From Candidatus Woesebacteria bacterium (GTDB lineage Bacteria > Patescibacteriota > Saccharimonadia > Saccharimonadales > EFPC-124), in NCBI GenBank assembly GCA_050115675.1, contig JASFQB010000001.1, positions 96,616-160,615 on the forward strand: a stretch of DNA of 64,000 bases, read 5' to 3'. The notes under the pieces are model-generated. The model searched no databases. It saw nothing but the letters and a program-made list of their open reading frames with translations, and was not told where the DNA came from. A program made the position numbers and the translations under genes. Shown here piece after piece: positions 59,104 to 64,000 of the stretch; positions within the stretch are counted from its first letter, which is position 1; the number at the start of each line of letters is the position of its first letter.

Positions 59104-59946
59104 ATGGCTAGCGCTGTGGGTATTGGCCGCACCAGCTTGTACAGTCATTCTACAGTTCAATCCAGCAAAGACCTTCAAGCAATCCGGGAATTGCAAGTCG
59201 CTCATAACCAACATCCGCTATACGGCGTTCGTAGGCTCGCACTGCACATGGGCTGGAGCGAAAACAAGACCCGGCGGATTCGTCGCCGTGCCGGCGTGGT
59301 AGCGGTCAGGCCACGCAAAAAGTACCGTGGTTACGGTGGCAAACCTGAGATTGCTACACCCGGTAACCATCTGCACGTCTATGCCCTGTTCAAGGACGGT
59401 TCCAATCCGCAAAAAGGCATGGATCACAGTCTCATGACCCAAGAAGCCAATGCATGGACGCAAGATTTTACATATTTACGTATTCGCTCAGGCATGTTTT
59501 ATCTGGCGTTGGTCATGGATCTTACGACCCGTAAAATCCTGAGCTGGAAGCTTGGCACTAACCATAGTGCCAGTCTGACACATATAGCGCTCATCCAAGC
59601 GCTTAGAAACAACCCCGGTCCATCGATTCTACATAGTGATCGCGGTAGTGAATATCTTAGTGAGCGCCATCAATCTACCTGTGTTAGGTTTGGCATCCGG
59701 CTCAGCGCAAGCAAACCGGGATCGCCCTGGCAAAATGGCTACATGGAACGATGCATTAAAAGTATTAAGGAAGAGCTCGGTAACCTCGCTGCTTACCGGA
59801 ACATTGACGAGTTGTATTTTGGCGTTGCCAGCGCAATTGCCTATTACAACAACGACCGTATTCACTTGGCTCTCAAAACCACACCGACGGCTTACGCCGC
59901 CGGTTTACGGAGTCGAGACGGGGTGTTCGGGGAAAAGGGAACTTGA
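59104..59946 (+). CDS. IS3 OrfB DDE transposase
   Basis: YGVRRL, WTQDFTY, HSDRGSEY, NGYMER..KEE, YYNNDRIH. Confidence 0.9.
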   Translation: MASAVGIGRTSLYSHSTVQSSKDLQAIRELQVAHNQHPLYGVRRLALHMGWSENKTRRIRRRAGVVAVRPRKKYRGYGGKPEIATPGNHLHVYALFKDGSNPQKGMDHSLMTQEANAWTQDFTYLRIRSGMFYLALVMDLTTRKILSWKLGTNHSASLTHIALIQALRNNPGPSILHSDRGSEYLSERHQSTCVRFGIRLSASKPGSPWQNGYMERCIKSIKEELGNLAAYRNIDELYFGVASAIAYYNNDRIHLALKTTPTAYAAGLRSRDGVFGEKGT

Positions 59947-60367
59947 CATAGACTCAATGCGCCGCATCACTTCGCAACTGTCGTTTTGTGACAAAATGTT
60001 GAGCGAGCCTTCGTACAGTATATTCCGGTCAAGAATAGCAACTTTGCGGTGATGATTGCCGGTATATAGAACCTGCACGCCCATGTGTTGCAGCTTAGAT
60101 ATCGCCTCGTGGGCGTCATCTTGCCATCGACCTTCGTCGTGAGTGCGGGGATCGCGGGTATTGATAGCTATGCGCACCCTGCGGGATTTTAGCTTCTCTA
60201 ATGTCGGCAGTAACGTCTTGAGCCGACGATTTGTTATAAACGGGCACTCAATAACAACCTCGCTATGGCAACTCGCCAGGTCTTTCATAAAAGCCGGGTA
60301 AAAAGTATCTTGATCGTAGAGCTTTGAGCTAAGCAGATCAGCCGGAGCCGCCGAACGGTTGAATAGC

Positions 60368-60540
60368 CTAAACATGGTTAATCTCCTTGTCAGCAAGCAT
60401 CACGCCCAAGGCTTTCAACCGAGGCTCAAGATACTCCAACTCCTCTAAAAAGGTTTCGACCCTACTCGTTCTTGGGCTCACCATAAAATTATTCCATATA
60501 TAAAAAGAGTTCGACGATTTATTCTGCCGGGCTCTTTTTG
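60368..60540. repeat. att-like repeat 1 (recombinase tail arm, TCACCAT core 60478-60484, terminator arm)
   Basis: Minus strand encodes MVSPRTSRVETFLEELEYLEPRLKALG; hairpin AAAAAGAG..CTCTTTTT follows the core. Confidence 0.8.
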
Positions 60541-60608
60541 TATTGCTATCTCTGTTATTTTGAGTTCGATTCTCTTTTGGTACCATTAGTCGGCATCATG
60601 AAAAATTA

Positions 60609-60637
60609 TTGACATAAATACTTCGTGTATATACAAT
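60609..60637 (+). promoter_or_regulatory. Sigma70 promoter for the TA pair (probably leaderless mRNA)
   Basis: TTGACA-17 nt-TACAAT, 7 nt before ATG at 60645. Confidence 0.65.
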
Positions 60638-60644
60638 TGTAGAT

Positions 60645-60908
60645 ATGAATACGTATACAGCCACCGTTATCAAGACAGGAAATTCATATGCATTGCGCGT
60701 ACCTAAAAAGTATGTTGAAGACGCGCAGTTAAAGTCGGGGCAGAAAACTTCTATTGCCTTACCTTTGCCCGAGCCGACTCAAAATCGTGAGAAAATACAA
60801 AACATTCTTCGCCAGTTGCAAGAGGCTGGTGCATATAAAGATGTCACCGATCCCGTGGCATGGCAGCGCGAGATACGTAAAGATCGCCCACTGCCCGGAA
60901 GAGGATAG
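60645..60908 (+). CDS. AbrB/MazE-like antitoxin
   Basis: TVIKTGNSYALRVPK; DPVAWQREIR. Confidence 0.8.
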   Translation: MNTYTATVIKTGNSYALRVPKKYVEDAQLKSGQKTSIALPLPEPTQNREKIQNILRQLQEAGAYKDVTDPVAWQREIRKDRPLPGRG

Positions 60909-60915
60909 GCTAGTC

Positions 60916-61278
60916 ATGATTATCCTTGACTCAAACATCTTTATTTATCTTGCGAGTGGCGTGCTTGATCGAAAGGTTATTAGCGATAAAGAAATTGCAC
61001 ACGCAAGTATTACGAAGATTGAATGCTTGGGCTTTTCGCGCATCCATGCAAACGAGCTTTTGTTACTCGAAGCACTTTTTGGTGAATCGTATGACCTGCC
61101 ACTTACTGTAGGTGTTGTAAGACAGGCAATACAGTTACGCCAAGCCAAAAACATTAGTCTGGGAGATGCCATTATAGCCGCAACTGCACTTGAGCACGGC
61201 TATGAGCTGTGGACGGCAAATATAGATGACTTCGCCCACATTGAAGGTCTGCGCGTCCACAACCCTCTTCAGCGTTAG
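60916..61278 (+). CDS. vapC: PIN-domain (VapC-type) toxin
   Basis: ILDSNIFIY, ITKIE, LGDAIIAATAL, TANIDDF. Confidence 0.88.
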   Translation: MIILDSNIFIYLASGVLDRKVISDKEIAHASITKIECLGFSRIHANELLLLEALFGESYDLPLTVGVVRQAIQLRQAKNISLGDAIIAATALEHGYELWTANIDDFAHIEGLRVHNPLQR

Positions 61279-61282
61279 TTAC

Positions 61283-61425
61283 CTAAATACCCAATACTTT
61301 CAATCGGAGCTCAAGATATTCCAACTCACCGAAGAGGGTTTCGACCGGCGCCTCCCTTAAGATCACCATAAATTTATTCCATATATAAAAAGAGTTCGAC
61401 AGTTTATTTTGTCGGACTCTTTTTT
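61283..61425. repeat. att-like repeat 2 (core 61363-61369)
   Basis: Minus strand MVILREAPVETLFGELEYLELRLKVLGI; same TTATTCCATATATAAAAAGAGTTCGAC arm as repeat 1. Confidence 0.8.
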
Positions 61426-61471
61426 ACGTGATCACCTCTGATAAGAGGTGTTCGATTCCTCTTAGGCAGCA

Positions 61472-61954
61472 TTATCCGTTTAGGCCTGATTTCTTGATGA
61501 GGTCGGCGTACTCGTCTAGTAAGCCTACTATACCCAATTTCGTGTCTTCACTGAACTCGCCTAATAAAATTAGATCATCGATTATCACAAGTAACTTATC
61601 TTTTGAGACAAGGTTGGCCGCAACCCAAAGTACGATATTCTCCATCTCAACTATAAATTTTGGGACTAAATTATCGTATCCGTTAATAGTGAGAAAGTAG
61701 GCACCTAGCACAATAGCCGTTCGTTTGTTTCCGTCAGTAAAGCAATGGCTTTTTGCTATTGAGTAAACTAAATGAGTTAGCTTGTGGGTCATATCCGGAT
61801 AGTAATCATCTACCCGAATATGCGCGAGCGCGCTTTCTAGCAAATTGCGATGAAGAACGCCGCTCAATACTCCAGTCTTACTTCCTGATATAGTAATAAC
61901 ATTGTCGTAATGCTCATATGCTTGATCGACACCAAAGTAGAGAAATTGTGACAT
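61472..61954 (-). CDS. Fic/Doc family protein
   Basis: HCFTDGNKRTA motif. Confidence 0.9.
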   Translation of the reverse strand: MSQFLYFGVDQAYEHYDNVITISGSKTGVLSGVLHRNLLESALAHIRVDDYYPDMTHKLTHLVYSIAKSHCFTDGNKRTAIVLGAYFLTINGYDNLVPKFIVEMENIVLWVAANLVSKDKLLVIIDDLILLGEFSEDTKLGIVGLLDEYADLIKKSGLNG

Positions 61955-62970
61955 TACTTATCCTTTAGCCTCTTGAATGTTTCCTTGTATTCCTCGATTC
62001 TTTCTGCAAGTTCAGCACTCTTATCCCCTAGGAAGCGTTCGAATTCGGCAGTATTTAGTGGCCCTACATATTCCTTTAGCTCAGGATGCAACACATCGCG
62101 AAACCCATAATCACGACTTGCCATTTTTGTTCGAGCCATTTGTATCTGTGGAACCCATGCGGGGTTGCTCTCGAAATTATTGAATAACTCATCAACTTCC
62201 GTGGGGGATAGCTTCCTCCCTTTCTCTTCGCTCTTTTTTTGCAGTTCATTAGCTAAGCCGGTTTCGTACATTGATATAGTAGTTAAGACTTCTGAATACA
62301 TTGTATTCCGTATGTCTTCTTTTTTAGCAAGATTCAATAACGTTCTATACTCTCTGGCATGTTCTTTAAAGATACTCTTATAAATTTTGTCGGTGTAAAT
62401 CGTATATTTGAAATTGCCCATGTCAACACAGCTGGTTAGGGCATCGATAAATTCTTTTTTATAGTTCTGCCCTGCGAAAAGACTAAGTAAATATGTATCA
62501 TCTCTCTGATTTATGTACTTGGGGCTTCCACCTGCTTTCTTGCCTACGACATCTATAACAATATTTAATATAACCCCTCTAAGGAGGCGCGCTTTGTCGC
62601 TTTCCGTAAGAAGCATGCCTATATTGAGAAAGGCTCGAAAATTCATTATGCCGAGCCGTCTTGTTTTTTTGATACCGACATTCGTGTCGGTATCAAACTC
62701 TTTTTGGTACTCCCTAAGAAGTTCTCCGGTCAAAACTTCATAGCCATTTTGCTTTAATTCATCGGCATAATTGACAAGGTAGCGCTCAATGGTGCGCTGG
62801 TCAACTTCATAAAATTGTGCAACCTGGCGAACTGTAAACTTATACTCTGACCTAAATTTGACACCCGTCAAACCCACTTCCTTCTGAATAGCTTCAAGGG
62901 CGTAAGGATTATTTAGAATATTACGCCTGTCAACTTCTGAATCTGAAAGTAGATTTCCCATATGCTTCAT
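61954..62970 (-). CDS. Putative DNA-binding partner of the Fic/Doc protein
   Basis: VAQFYEVDQRTIERY HTH-like segment; coupled to the fic gene by TAATG overlap. Confidence 0.65.
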   Translation of the reverse strand: MKHMGNLLSDSEVDRRNILNNPYALEAIQKEVGLTGVKFRSEYKFTVRQVAQFYEVDQRTIERYLVNYADELKQNGYEVLTGELLREYQKEFDTDTNVGIKKTRRLGIMNFRAFLNIGMLLTESDKARLLRGVILNIVIDVVGKKAGGSPKYINQRDDTYLLSLFAGQNYKKEFIDALTSCVDMGNFKYTIYTDKIYKSIFKEHAREYRTLLNLAKKEDIRNTMYSEVLTTISMYETGLANELQKKSEEKGRKLSPTEVDELFNNFESNPAWVPQIQMARTKMASRDYGFRDVLHPELKEYVGPLNTAEFERFLGDKSAELAERIEEYKETFKRLKDK

Positions 62971-63024
62971 TATACCGCAGAGCAGCTACCAGGACTATCT
63001 GGTTAATAAGCAGGCTAAATGTAG

Positions 63025-63126
63025 TCAATCACGCACCTCATCTAGGCCAAGCATCTTCAACCGTGGCTCAAGATATTCGAGTTCACCAAAGAGGGTTTCG
63101 ACCGGCGTCGTCCTTAAGCTCACCAT
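63025..63126. repeat. att-like repeat 3 (core 63120-63126)
   Basis: Minus strand MVSLRTTPVETLFGELEYLEPRLKMLG; followed by a different hairpin at 63164-63199. Confidence 0.8.
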
Positions 63127-63437
63127 GCCATTATTGTAACTTCTACTGAAACACTAACAGATGAACAAAAACCTGCACAAATCGTGCGGGTTTTTTGTTG
63201 GTTTGCGCCACCTCTGTTGTGAGTGTTCCAGAATTTATCTTTCGCTTTGGGCTAAGCGCATTTCACTATCAAACACAATAACTCACACCAATGCGGTACT
63301 TAGTTTTGCCTATTCACTTATAATTTTATATTTACCCTTGAACCTCGGGGCAACCTTTGGTAAGCTACGCGGTCAAAACTTCCAAATATGTAAGTAACGG
63401 CAAGCATATCCCATCTACAGAATAGGAAGGAATTGGG

Positions 63438-64000
63438 ATGAACCGTTTCGTGCGCCGGATCGTTACCGGCGCGGCGATGATCGCTACGGCGGTTGTTGGC
63501 GTAGGCCTGCAGGCTACGCCGGCAAATGCGCAGACGCGACCAATCGTCATCACCGACGATGTCAACATCCGACCAAATCCGAATACCGGTCAGGCTCCGC
63601 TCAAGCTCATGCCCAAGGGCTCGCGCCCCACGTACATCTGCTACGTGGACGGGCAAAACGTGGGCGGGACCACCAAGTGGTTCAAGGTCAGTTGGGGAGG
63701 CGTGCAGGGGTACTACTCGTCCATCGCGGACGACGTGCCATTGTCTGCGCAGGGCAACATCCAGGGAAACTACGGTATCCCACGGTGTGGCACCGGCGCG
63801 GACATCAACCAAGGGTCTGGCAGGGACGCGGTGGTCACCGTACAGCCCGAGATGCTCGTGTCCGAACCGTACAACCGCTCGACAACCGCCACCTAGGCGT
63901 TCAATCACGCCATGGACGTGCGCGGCAACATGTTTGCCGACTGCACGTGGTTTGTGAGTCAGGCGCTGTGGGCTGGCGGCTTGCACCAGACCAGCATGTG
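63438..64000 (+). pseudogene. Secreted SH3b-like plus Amidase_6-like protein with an in-frame TAG; runs off the window
   Basis: Signal peptide, VNIRPNP..ICYVDGQNV..W..GY; after TAG (63894-63896) the same frame reads AFNHA..DCTWFVSQALWAGG. Confidence 0.65.

Larger units (their letters stand above)
58689..59948 (+). mobile_element. IS3-family insertion sequence with 3-bp target duplication (TAG)
   Basis: TG...CA ends, imperfect IRs (TGTAAGCCCC / TGTCAAGTTCCC), TAG at 58686-58688 and 59949-59951. Confidence 0.88.
58630..60375 (-). pseudogene. Single-HKD phospholipase D-like nuclease-fold gene interrupted by IS3
   Basis: ECPFI, HRKVAILD, EGSLN; removing the IS and one TAG copy restores ..RRIESTPRAWQMVRFIGIDNLLV*. 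Confidence 0.82.
51695..60484. mobile_element. tRNA-Glu-integrated element (recombinase, Replic_Relax, DGR, XRE, PLD)
   Basis: Bounded by TCACCAT cores at 51695-51701 and 60478-60484; recombinase ORF runs into the tRNA; composition differs from the flank. Confidence 0.75.

Noticed and set aside
51651-60484. Prophage
   Set aside because: Fibre-like motifs are present but no capsid, portal, terminase or lysis genes
60368-63126. CRISPR array or classical attC integron
   Set aside because: Only three long degenerate repeats 0.9-1.8 kb apart; no cas genes, no tyrosine integrase, no attC-style palindrome evident
11476-63896. TAG stop-codon reassignment, suggested by in-frame TAGs at 11476, 57358, 59062 and 63894
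   Set aside because: The implied residues differ (probably Ser in the RT, Trp in the amidase), many intact genes end normally in TAG, and TAA and frameshift lesions also occur; decay explains this better
1-64000. Genetic code 25 (TGA=Gly)
   Set aside because: Long conserved genes are intact under code 11 and several end at TGA at the expected position

Overview
Bacterial chromosomal segment using the standard genetic code. Gene content suggests Patescibacteria/Saccharibacteria; this is an inference, as no rRNA or marker gene is in the window. Bases 1-51.6 kb hold housekeeping, signalling and surface genes: pheA behind an apparent Phe-leader attenuator, two sensor kinases, an ABC exporter, a Ser/Thr kinase, a DEAD-box helicase, folD, umuD/umuC, two LPxTG proteins, tRNA-Arg and tRNA-Lys. 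From tRNA-Glu (51625-51700) onward lies an accessory region. It starts with an ~8.8 kb tRNA-integrated element carrying a large serine recombinase, a replication-relaxation protein, a diversity-generating retroelement (DGR: fibre/C-type-lectin target with VR, decayed RT, TR, Avd), an XRE regulator and an IS3-interrupted PLD gene. Two small recombinase-free toxin-antitoxin modules follow. The element and both modules each end in a repeat that carries the tRNA 3' core TCACCAT and encodes a conserved alternative C-terminus for the recombinase, which looks like an integron-like cassette stack built by a serine recombinase. The DGR target shares its N-terminal domain and a stalk segment with a chromosomal protein (11476-11994) that abuts a kelch-repeat gene.
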